From assembly GCF_009914755.1 (NCBI RefSeq), contig NC_060926.1: a DNA stretch of 64,000 bases, one strand, 5' to 3'. This DNA is from the human T2T-CHM13v2.0 reference genome, Homo sapiens. Below, piece after piece: positions 43,701 to 58,129 of the stretch; the first letter of the stretch is position 1, and each line of letters opens with the position of its first letter. The notes beneath the pieces were generated by a model that worked only from the letters and a program-made list of their open reading frames with translations, was not told where the DNA came from and searched no databases. The translations under genes and the position numbers were made by a program.

Positions 43701-46700
43701 TTGTTCAGGACATCCTTAGTAACATCAGTAAATCTACTGAGCCAAGCCAGAGTGTACCTCTATATAACACCTTGCTGCCATACACATTTTTAGAAGATAT
43801 GATCAGAGTACTATTATCTAAATTATTTTCTTCTGCATCTAGCCTGGTTCTAAACAGAGACACCCAAAAAGATATATCAAGAGTGAATTTCAATGACATT
43901 GCTTCAAACCTAGTTAGTGATATTAGGATGAAAGTTTCCCAACATGAAATTCGATTTTCAAAAGAGGAAGAAGAAACCAAGTTTATTTATTCAGAAGATG
44001 ATATTCAGCACCTTGTTGATTCAGTATTTGCAAATGTTGTGCAAACCTCTGGTTCTCAAGAATCAGCTGTGCAAAATATCACAAGCAGTAATGACATTCT
44101 TATAGATAGAATAGCAGGTTTCATCATTAAACATATCTGTCAAAAACATCTTCAGCCATTTGTGAGTGGAAAATCATTATCTTCATCAGACACATATTTT
44201 GATGATGAGAGAAGGCAGTTATTTTATACCAGTGTTTACTCTTCAACATTCTTGGAAGATGTAATCTCTGGGGTTTTAAGAAAAATATTCCACAGGGTAG
44301 TAGGCATTGTACAAACAAAATCCATAAGAGATTCAGAAGATGAACTGTTTGAGAAAGCTGAAGAACTCATACATTTGATTACAGGGGAATTCTCAAAAGC
44401 CCAAGTTAGCATTATAGATAATACTGAGGAAAGACTGTGTTTACCTCCAGTGGAGAGGGATGTAGTCAAAACAATTGTTGACATGGTGTACAGCAAAGTT
44501 TTGCAAGAATATGAAATGGAAGTCGTGCCCAATAAAGATTTTCTAAATGACACAAAGACATTGGCTGCAAGAATAACTAATATCATCCTGGCTGAAATTT
44601 TTGATTTCCAAATTCATCCAGATCTTATAGCAAATCTGCCTTTTAAATCACATTCCAAACTCAGTGCAAATGTTTTAATACAAAGAGTTCAATATGATAT
44701 AAGTAAATCAAGATTCCAAAGACAAGCTTCAACAATGTATACCACTATGTTATCACATAGTCATTTGGAAAAAATAGTTACTCAGCTTACATCTCAGATA
44801 AGTCCATTGAACACCAGTGCAGAGCAGTCAGATACTACTAAATCAGACTTAAGTAATACAGTGATAAAACTGATAAATGAAATTATGTCAATAATTTCAA
44901 AACATGAAATATGTATTATTAAATATGGGAATAAAAAACAGAGTATGATTTCAGCAAAAGATATCCAGTCTATGGTTGATTCCATTTATGCTGATCTTTC
45001 TCATTCAAATATATACCAGTCCATTACAAAAGATAAAAAGAGCATAAGTGACATACCTGTTTCAAAAATAGCGAGTTTTATAATAAAAGAAATCTTTAAC
45101 CATCATATTCAATCATTTTTATCTGAAGATAAAACTCTCCTTTTGGCAGCAGTTGATCAAACTTATAAATTGAAAGCAATAGATCCTAAACAAAGAGAAT
45201 TATCTTTTATTGTGAACTCATCTGTCTTTTTGGAGGAAGTAATTTCTGAGCTCTTATGCAAAATTCTTTATGCATTTTCACATAACGTGTTGGTTACTGA
45301 AAATCCAGATAGAGTGAAACTGAAACTTACCAGGATTGTTACAACATTGGTAAATTCAATTGTTCTGGAGTTCACCACATCAGAGATTTTAGTTGCAGAT
45401 AACTTTGATAAAAATTTGTGTTTCTCAGAAAGATACAAAGAAATGGTTCAAAAAATAGTCAACTCAGTATATGGAAAAGTATTAGATCAATATAAATCTC
45501 TGATTCAAATACATAGGGTTATACAAAGTGACACAATATGTTTTGGTAGGAAAATATATTATTTGCTATTGGAAGAAATATATGATTATCAAGTGCAGTC
45601 ATTAGTTTCAGGAGAATTAGAGTCTTCTTCTTATTCGTATCCCCAAGCTGATAATATCATCAGAAATGTGCTTAACATAATCACAAAGGATAGCCATGCC
45701 TTGCCACCATATATTACTGTGTTGCCTCATTCTCTTTTAGAAGATATGGTTTACAGGCTTCTAGGGCATGTCTTCCCTTCAACTCACACTGAAAATGAAC
45801 TAAAAGAGAAAAAGTTTCCACCGGATGATGAATTTGTGGAGGCAGCTTCAAAATTGACTGATGAAATTATAAAAGAAATTTCTGAACATGAGATTCGACT
45901 TTCCATGGCAGAGGATAATGCAGAAAGTATGCAGTTAGAACCTATTGAAAATTTGGTCGACTCCATATGTAATAATATTTTGAAAACATCTGAATTCCAA
46001 GCTGAAGTACAAAAAGATGCAGACAAAAAAGGATGCTCATTCCTCAGTAAATTAGCTGGTTTTATTATGAAAGAAATCATGTATCATCATTTACAGCCAT
46101 TTTTACATGGTGAAGAATCATCTTTCAGTGACTTATCTGATTATGACCATGTCTCTGAACTTGCTAAATCTGGTAAAGAAAAGACACAGCCTTCTCTCTA
46201 TTCAGCTACATTTTTGGAAGACATAATCATTGACCTTGTTCACAAATTTTGTTCTCTCCTCATTATTACTGAAGATTCTAAGAAAAATGAAATGGCAGAG
46301 CTAGATATTATGGGCTTGGCTCTAAAACTTGCAAATTCTCTGATAAGGGAATTTAAGAAAAGTGATATTAAAGTTTTACCAAATGCTGAAAAAATGTTTT
46401 CTTTTCCACCAATTGATAAAGAGACAGTTGATAAAATATCCAATTTTGTATATGACCAGTTCATAGAAAAATGCACATCTCATGATATTCAAAAAGGTGA
46501 TGAAAGTAACATTGCTATAGGGATGATTGCTGCTCTAACCCAGAAGGCAATATCTGCATTCAGGATTCAACCACTTTTTTCAGGAGACTGGTCTTCCACC
46601 TTCTTTTCATTTCTAAATCCAGATAATATCACCCAAAGGGTTCAACACCTACCACAAAACACCTTTACACAAATAAGCAGATGTGCAAAAGAGAACCAAC

Positions 46701-49700
46701 TTTCTTTACCAGATCAATCATATAAAGATACTTCTTCCACCCCAGATTGCAAAAACATGATGAGCACTTTGGAAATAAATAGAGGTACAATGAATAGAAA
46801 GAAAAGTTTTAAAACCAAGGACACATCAGTGAAAAAAGGTGACATCCAAAATCCAGTACTTAGCTCTATAAATGCAATTATGAAAAGCGGCATGATTAAC
46901 CTAACATCAGGGTTGGCTACAGGTGTGACAAATAAAAAGGAAGTGGATGAAAATAAAGTGGGAATTTGTACTCAAAAACATAGTGAGAATGTATCAAAAG
47001 TTACTTCAACTACCACTGTGAAAAGTAAAGATACTCAGGAGCCAAATTTGAGTGAAACATTTAATAATAATGAAATTGAGAAGAAAAGAAATTTAATTCC
47101 AACAGATAAAAAAGGGAAAGATGATGAGATATACACACATTTTTCATTAATAATTGATGATACAGAATATGAGAAGGAAGTACTTGGATCAGATTCTGAA
47201 ATAGGCTATAAAAAGAAGATTGACAATGCAAGGGAAAGCTCATTTAAAAAAGATGACAAGCTCTTTCAGTTATCCTCCTTGAAGTCCAAGAGAAATCTAG
47301 GGACTACAACAGATACTTTGGAAATAAGAACTCGAACATCAAGCAATGAGGGGAGAAGAGACTCTCCAACACAAACGTGTAGGGATGAGGAACACCACTC
47401 AGATTATGAACATGTTCAAAATGTCATTGAAAATATTTTTGAAGATGTTTTAGAACTATCTTCTTCTCCAGAACCAGCATATTATTCGAAACTCAGTTAT
47501 GACCAAAGCCCCCCAGGTGATAATGTATTAAATGTAATTCAAGAGATTAGCAGGGATTCGGCACAGTCTGTTACAACAAAAAAAGTATCCTCCTCAACTA
47601 ACAAAAACATCTCTGCCAAAGAAAAAGAAGAGGAAGAGAGAGAAAAAGAGAAAGTAAGAGAGGAGATTAAAAGTGAACCCAGTAAACCAGATGATCCTCA
47701 AAACCAACGAGAAAGTAAACCTGGAATTTTTCCCGCTAAGTTTTTAGAAGATGTTATTACTGAGATGGTTAAACAATTGATCTTTTCTTCTATACCAGAA
47801 ACACAAATACAAGATAGATGTCAAAATGTTAGTGATAAGCAAAATCAAGCCAAACTCTATGACACTGCTATGAAACTCATCAATTCACTGTTAAAGGAGT
47901 TCTCAGATGCTCAAATTAAGGTTTTCAGGCCAGATAAGGGAAATCAGTTCCCTGGGGGTAAAGTGTCTTCAGTTCCTAAAGTACCTCCAAGGTATAAAGA
48001 GCCAACTACAGATGAAGCACCATCCAGCATTAAGATAAAATCTGCAGATAAAATGCCACCTATGCATAAAATGATGAGAAAACCTTCTTCAGATAAGATA
48101 CCATCAATTGACAAAACATTGGTCAATAAAGTTGTTCACTCCTCTGTTTGTAATATTTTAAATGACTATGGATCTCAAGACTCTATTTGGAAGAATATAA
48201 ACAGTAATGGAGAAAATTTAGCAAGAAGACTAACTAGTGCAGTGATAAATGAAATTTTCCAACGTCAGGTTAACTTGATATTTTGTGATGAGGTTTCAGT
48301 TTCAGCATGTTTGCCTCTGGAATCTAAGGATGTTGTTAAAAAGGTCCAAAAGTTGGCCCAAACAGCCAGCAAAGAATGTCAAACTTCATCACCATATACA
48401 ATAATATTACCTCATAAATTTTTGGAGAATGTGATTTCTGCTCTTTTCTCCAAAATTTTCTCAACAATATCCAGCACAAAAACAAAAGAACCTGAGGACA
48501 ATTTGTCCACAGAACTGAATTTCCTTCAAATGAAGTTAGTAAGTGCAGTTGCAACAGAGATCTCCCAAGATAAATATATGACTATACAGTATGTAGAAAC
48601 CTTACAATCTGATGATGATGAAATTATTCAATTAGTGGTTCAGTCTGTTTATAATAATCTCTTGCCACAGTTTGGATCACAAGAGATTATACAAAATTGT
48701 GTAACCAGTGGATGCAAAATCCTTTCAGAAAACATAGTTGACTTGGTTCTACGAGAAGTGGCTAGCAATCAGCTGCAGAGCTATTTTTGTGGAGAGCTAA
48801 CTCCACATCAGTGTGTGGAAGTTGAAAACATCGTTGAAAAGATCCTTAAAGATGTTTTCCAAACTACTGATGTGCCCCTACCTAAACCTTCACATGCTGA
48901 TAAGCTGTCTTATAACATAATAGAAGAAATTGCTGTGAAATTTTTATCAAAGCTTTTATCTATATTTCCAAAAGTACATAAAGAAAGAACAAAATCTCTA
49001 GAGACTGATATGCAAAAAATAACTTCAAAAGTACTAAATTCAGTCCAAGAATTTATCTCCAAAAGTAAGATTAAACTTGTACCACCCACCAAGGAATCAC
49101 CTACTGTGCCTGTAGCTGATAATGCAACTATTGAAAACATAGTTAATTCTATTTATACCAGTGTTTTAAAGCACTCTGGCTCTTATACTTCTGTATTTAA
49201 AGATTTAATGGGTAAAAGCAATGTCCTCTCTGATACAATAGGCTTTTTGATGGTGAATGCAATTTCGAATTCTGAATTTCAACCTCAAGTAGAGGAAGAA
49301 GTATCAAATTCAGAATTAGTTCTGGAAGCTGTCAAAATTATGGAAAAAGTGATCAAAATTATTGATGAACTTAAGTCTAAGGAAAAGTCTTCATCCAGAA
49401 AAGGTTTGACATTAGATGCCAAACTTTTAGAAGAGGTGTTGGCCTTGTTCTTGGCTAAACTAATAAGGTTGCCAAGTTCCTCAAGCAAAGATGAAAAAAA
49501 CTTATCAAAGACTGAGTTAAATAAAATTGCATCTCAACTGTCAAAATTGGTAACAGCTGAAATTTCCAGAAGTAGCATTAGTCTAATAGCTTCTGATCCT
49601 GAAGAGCACTGTTTAAATCCAGAAAATACAGAAAGGATTTATCAGGTTGTCGATTCCGTTTATAGTAACATACTGCAACAATCAGGAACCAACAAAGAAT

Positions 49701-50212
49701 TTTATTATGATATAAAAGATACAAATACAGCCTTTCCTAAAAAAGTGGCTAGTTTAATTATTGATGGAGTTTCAAGTTTTCCATTAGATACAATTAACTC
49801 AACAATTTCAAATGCTGATCTCTCTGGAGAGCTAGACGTTAATAGAATTGTTCAAAAGGCCCAAGAACATGCTTTTAATGTGATTCCTGAATTAGAGCAA
49901 GAAAAGTTAGATCAAAATTTATCTGAAGAGGAATCTCCAATTAAAATAGTTCCACATGTTGGAAAAAAACCAGTCAAAATAGATCCAAAAATTATTTCAG
50001 AACACTTAGCAGTTATTTCTATAAAAACTCAACCTCTTGAGAAACTTAAGCAGGAGTGTTTGAAAAGAACTGGACATAGCATAGCAGAACTGAGAAGAGC
50101 ATCAATAAGTGGGAGAAATTACTCCTTAGGATCACCTGATTTAGAAAAGAGAAAGACAGAAAGACGTACCTCATTGGATAAGACTGGAAGACTGGATGTA
50201 AAACCCCTAGAG
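40776..50212 (+). CDS. FSIP2: FSIP2 giant coding exon 2 (probably exon 17), 9,437 nt, with internal FSIP2-type repeats
   Basis: tttccttttttaag|TTTTTAGT...CTAGAG|gtaagt. Of the two adjacent candidate acceptors, only this AAG keeps frame with the upstream exon ((V)FSEEKMSVSTW). ORF 40793-50236. Phase 1 to 0. Confidence 0.95.
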
Positions 50213-51267
50213 GTAAGTGCAAAAGCAATGGCATGAAAATGAGTGAATAGTGAGACATGGTTCTTCTGTGATTTCCTTCCTCAAATAAGTATATGGAAAT
50301 GCATTCATTGTTGTTGGTGTTTCTCAGCCCAATAGGAGAATTAGTTGCATCAGTTCATCCATACAGTCATATTATTTACTAGGATTTGTCATGTTAGTTC
50401 TGTGGCTCACTCTAAAAGTCTCAGGCTAGTTTCCTAAGACAATCCTTTTGAAAGTTTTTTTTTAAGAATGAGATTGTAAGCACATACCCTTCACAGTAAA
50501 ACCAGACTGACAGAAGTTATAATTGTCATTTAAATATTTAAAAGCAGCAAACTTGTATAGTTCCTTAGTTCGTTATGGATATCTAAAGGTGTTCAAACAG
50601 GCCAGTTAAAAGAATATCAGGATATGTGGAATAATCTAAAATAGTTTTAATTTTCAAATTTAAAGCACCAGAGTAATACTCATTTCCTTTTAGTAACACT
50701 CATCAGCAAACGTTGGACTGCCAACTCTTAGATTACATTTGTTCTATTTTACTTCAATTATATTAGCCTTTCCCATTTGCCCTGGCCTCTCAAGATGTAC
50801 CCATTTTCTTTCCACTTACACACTTGTTTTTTTTAAAACCAGCTGCAGTATTGCTGCTATTTTTATGAGCCTCTTCCCTATTGCTCTAGACCTAACTCTC
50901 CCCTGTAACCCCATACTCAGCTCCCAAATATTTTAACCGGGAATTTAAAATGCCAAAAATAATGTCCTTATTACAAGGAAACTATTACTGAGGACAAAAG
51001 ATTTGTCTCGCCAACAGATAGGTTGCACTGATCCATCAGACATTTTGATTTTTATTAAAATCCCTTTAACTGATGGCATGCATTTGTGGGAGGGCTGAGT
51101 ATGCTTAGGCATGTAGTCTGTAGCCCGGACAATTAGCAAAGTTTTATAGAACCATGCCTCCTGGAGCATAAGCTTAGAGTAAATTTTTTCAGCACTCTTC
51201 TGCAACCCACTAAACTGAATCTCAAGGCTAGTAAACATGCTAATTAATGCTTTAAGCTTTCACACCC

Positions 51268-53500
<2,233 letters not shown>

Positions 53501-54623
53501 GCCATCCTAAAAATAAAACAATAAAGAAGCAGACATGTGGAACTCAGTTAAGGCATGTGATTGGCACCAATCGGGCTACCAATATTATCTATCTTCAACA
53601 AAAGGACACAGCAGTGAAGAGAAAGAAAGGTTAGGTTAGAAACCCTACACTCTTGTTGGTTCTGCCTCAAGACTTAATTCTCTGTTTTAAGGTACCATAG
53701 ATTCTTAACACACTAGACATATGCATACTAAAACCACTGGTAGTAACATATCCCAAAATATAAAATGATTTTGGATTTTCTAAACCACTGTTTTCCTCCA
53801 ATAGCACAGATAATCAAAATTTATTTTTAAAAAATTTTAAAGAGGTTCTTCTGATATTTTGTTATTGCAGATATTCCTTTGAGGCACCATTATCTGAAAA
53901 ACTGGTTTATGATATTACAAAGGGAGGCTGAGAGCTAAGATTATTAACTTAATTTTGAGATTCTGTGACGTGGTCAAAAGCTAGAGAAATGGGGAAATTC
54001 TGTTATTTAATTATAATTGTCTTTTCTTTGATCTGTCTTTAACATTGACATTGGAAACTGAGATTTAACTTAGGAAGTGAGAAGACATGAAGATTTATAT
54101 TTTGAAGAATCTTTTGGGAAATATGACCAAAAGATCAAAAGTGGAGGAATAGGGAGTAAAGATTTTAAAACCATTATTTGGGGTATTCATTACTTTTGAA
54201 AATCAAGATCAGTGAATATGTTGCCCTTTTTTCTTGAAAATATGTGTATTTAGATTTCTCTATAATTCCTTACCTAGGATTTTGGAAAATAGGTTATCCT
54301 GTCTACTTCTGTCACAAAACTTTCAAGGTACATGACTAAGAGGAAGTAATTAAATTAATTATGCTAAACCTTGCTCTGACTTTTGGACTAAGTTATATTA
54401 GATTAAGGTATGTAATAAATGTAAAAAAATGCATGCCAACAAATTTTTTTTGTTATTTGTCTTTATTTCTTTTAAAAATATTGCTAATATATAATTAAGT
54501 GATATTTGAAGATATTACTTAAATCAAAACTAGAAATTATAAGAAAATAGCTACATCATAATTGAACTATAGGAAAGTGATTTAGGCATTTGATTTTAAT
54601 ATTTGCTATACCTTTAATTTCAG

Positions 54624-55121
54624 GCCGTTGCTAGAAATTCATTTCAGAATATAAGAAAGCCTGATATTACAAAGGTGGAGCTCTTAAAAGATGTTCAAAG
54701 TAAAAATGATCTTATTGTTCGATTAGTAGCTCATGATATTGATCAAGTGTATTTGGAAAATTACATAAAAGAGGAACGAGATTCTGATGAAGATGAAGTT
54801 GTTTTAACACAGACTTTTGCAAAAGAAGAAGGCATCAAAGTATTTGAAGATCAAGTGAAAGAAGTCAAGAAGCCAATACAAAGCAAACTTTCTCCTAAGT
54901 CAACACTAAGCACGAGCAGCCTGAAAAAATTTTTGTCACTAAGTAAATGTTGTCAGACCACAGCCAGTGCAAATATTGAAAGTATTGAAGCAATCTCAAA
55001 TCAGGTAATAGAATCCAAGGAGACACATGTTAAAAGAGCTGTTGCTGAGCTTGACATGGCCACACCAAAGACGATGCCTGAAACAGCCTCTTCATCTTGG
55101 GAGGAAAAGCCCCAGTGTAAG
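54624..55121 (+). CDS. FSIP2: FSIP2 coding exon (probably exon 18), 498 nt
   Basis: cctttaatttcag|GCCGTT...TGTAAG|gtaagt. Reads AVARNSFQNIRKPDITKVELLKD...EEKPQCK. Phase 0 to 0. Confidence 0.92.
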
Positions 55122-56449
55122 GTAAGTGATAAGCATGACTGTTAGTGACTAGAAAGGGGAGACATCTTCACAAATCTGGCCCAAGAATGTACCTTGATTA
55201 GTCAGAAAAGAATGCTAAAATGAATTCAATCTCAAGCCTGGTGATATTTACAGGATAAGGGAAATTATTACCAGGTACAGCTATGAAACTCAACTGTGGG
55301 AAAGCAGGTAATAGGGGAAAAACTAGATTAATTAGAATCCCAAAGAAAAGAGAAAATGGAAACCAGTTAAGAAAAATGTAAGCTAATTATTAAAAACAGT
55401 TGGTTTCCACCCTTTTGTATTTTGGCTGGTAAACACTCATTGAACATTTTGTGTGGAGAGCCTAATGCTACTAGAATAGCACCAGAAGACTGGCTGAGGT
55501 AGGAGGAACAAAATAAGATCCACGGAAATTCAGATTGTTTGGGTTTGAATCCTAACTCTCAGTAGCTAGCTGACCTTTTGGTAAGTTATATAACCAGCTT
55601 ATCCAACCTTAACAAGTTAATTCATATATTTTAAATATCACCCTTACAATTAGCCCATAAACTCTGCTGTCAGCATGGTAAACATCTCTTGTTGATGGCT
55701 CCAAATTCTCAAATGATGGTCTGGGTCTCAATGACCTTTTGAGTTTGGTCCTGCAGTATAATCTACATTTTAATGGAAAAAAGTTTCAGAGATTAGTCAA
55801 AAGATGGATGAGCCCTGTAATTCTAATTAATTTTAGAATTAATTTTAATTATTTTCATCTACTGGATACATGAAATTCCATACCATAACATGTTTTTGGA
55901 GAATATACAACTTTTAATTTTCTGATGAGGCCATTCTCTTGATTATCCATTTGATGTGATTCCGAGGTTAACACAAAAGCTTAGATGAACCATAGAAAAT
56001 AGCATAAATATAACTCTGGTCAATTCAGAAGCACACATGAGTTTGCAACAAATAGATCAAAATATGTGTTAAGATGATTGACCTGGCAAGGTACCTAATT
56101 GACCAGAGTTGTATCTGTGTTCTTCCTCTTTTTGCCCTCAGTAATATATGATTTCAAATATTTTTAAAGTTTAGAAGAAAATTCGACTCTTTAAACATTG
56201 TTCCAGGTTTATGTTTAAAATTTGTTCAAAATCTAATGTCATAATTTAGGTAATCTTCACTGAACTATTTCAAGTTAATTATATTGGAAGACACCTTTTA
56301 ATTAGAATTATAGGGCCCACACCCATCTTTTAACTAATCTCTGGAACTTTTTTCCATTAAAATGTAGATTATACTGCAAAAAATGCCATAAGGTAAGAAA
56401 ATATATCCCAAACTCCATTTAGTGTAATAGCTGATTTGTCCTTTTCCAG

Positions 56450-56550
56450 AAAGAAGAAAAGAATCTTGTTACTGAACCAACACATTACTTCATACACAGA
56501 ATTATGAGTTCATCTTCATACAACCAAGAAGATCTCATTTCATCTACTGG
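56450..56550 (+). CDS. FSIP2: FSIP2 coding exon (probably exon 19), 101 nt
   Basis: tccttttccag|AAAGAA...TACTGG|gtatat. Reads KEEKNLVTEPTHYFIHRIMSSSSYNQEDLISST(G). Phase 0 to 2. Confidence 0.85.
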
Positions 56551-57633
56551 GTATATGAAATTAAAGCAGTAGAAATATAGAAATCTGATAAAGTAGAGCT
56601 TATGAGTAGAATGGGGCCCCTGGCAAAACTGTAATTGAGCAAGTATTTAGCTTCAGACCTTCCCCAACTTCTTCCCTTCAGTGGCACCCTACTGTGAATA
56701 ATTCCAAAGCCACTTCTTGCTATCTGTTCCTTTATTTTTAGATACCTGGCCTCTATGTCCTAGTTTTCAAACCAGTTTCTAGTGTATCAGTGTCTTATAT
56801 AAAGTATTTGCTAATGTATTAGGGTATTTTCTAACCTGAGAGAGAGAGGTAATGGCCCAGAAATGAAATATGCAGTATCAGTACAAAAGTGTTCATGCTT
56901 AGCTCTCTTAAGAAAGCTACTGTCATTGCCTATAAGAAGAATCCAAAGGAATGAGAAAGAAATATAAGTTTTAGCATTCAGAGATAAATGGTAGAAAGCA
57001 ATGGAGTTTGACGTGGCTCTTTAAGAATGGATAGGATACACAAGTGAAAGACAATCCAAGTTTGGATGACACTAGGGGCAAAGTATGGGCTATAACAGTT
57101 ATAGGGGACAAAGAGGAACAAAGTGCACTGTAGACTTGAAATCTGATTCATAACTCTATCAAGAATAGTGAAAACATCTAAATTTGTGCTTGCATTTATA
57201 AAATTATACACAACTTGGAAGAGATAACATTTTTTATTTGGGGAGAAGTACTCATGTTATACACAGAAAAATCTAGTGATTTTTTTTTTTTCATTCAGCA
57301 TGCTGGAATTGCATTTTTTTTTTGACATGGCCTTATTTTGGGATATCTGTTTTTGGCCCACCATTGTCTCTTTTCTCCTACATAATAGGTTATTTTAACA
57401 TACATAGCTAGTAATGTTGGAACCTCTTTATTGGTTATATTAGTGAAGTAAAAAGCAGGCATAAATAATACTAAATAAAAATGATTTTAGAGCAAGATAA
57501 TACCAGGAAGCTCAAGGTTCTGATTTCCCCATGGAAACAAAACATAAGCAACTACAATCTGACTAACACAATTTTATAACAGCTCTGGACAACGGTCTGC
57601 AGCAACCAAATGAATATTCAATCAAGAAAAAGC

Positions 57634-57932
57634 TGGCTGCTCATGATGGCTCACGTCTGTAATCCCACCACTTTGGGAGGCAGAGGCATGAAGATTGCTT
57701 GAGGCCAGGAGTTTGAAGCCAGCTTGGGCGACATAGCAAGACCCTAACTCTACTAAAATAAAATAAAATAAAATAAAATAATAAAAAATTAGCTGGAATG
57801 GTCATGTGCACCTAGTCCTAGCTACTCAGGAGGCTGAGGTGATAGAATTGCTTGAGCTCAGGAGTTCAAAGTTACAGTGAGCTATGATTTTGCCACTGCA
57901 CTTTAGCCTAGGTAACAGAGCGAAACTCTGAG
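57634..57932 (+). mobile_element. AluJ
   Basis: Diverged dimer with an expanded (TAAAA)n middle linker. Confidence 0.9.
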
Positions 57933-58129
57933 ACAGAGAGAGAGAGAGAGAGAGAGAAGACGAAAGAAAGAGAAAGAAAAGAGAGAGAAAGAAAAAAGAG
58001 TAAATGAGAAAGAGAGAGAAGAGAGAGAAACAAAAGGAAGAAGGAAAGAAAAAAAGAAAAGGAAGGGAAGAAGGGGAGGGAGAGAGGGGTGAAGAAAGGG
58101 AAGGAGCAAGGGAGACAGAAAGGGAAAAA
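57930..58129 (+). repeat. GA-rich polypurine tract (Alu tail-derived)
   Basis: About 200 bp of almost only G and A, beginning with (GA)n. Confidence 0.9.

Noticed and set aside
29761-50236. The 2961-aa and 3147-aa ORFs as two separate single-exon or novel giant genes
   Set aside because: Both are bounded by in-phase splice sites and join the flanking small exons into one FSIP2 frame. Their Met starts are internal and their stops lie in introns.
31809-50258. Many 60-130 aa antisense or alternate-frame ORFs overlapping the giant exons
   Set aside because: These are expected shadow ORFs opposite a long coding frame, with no recognisable motifs or independent splice support.
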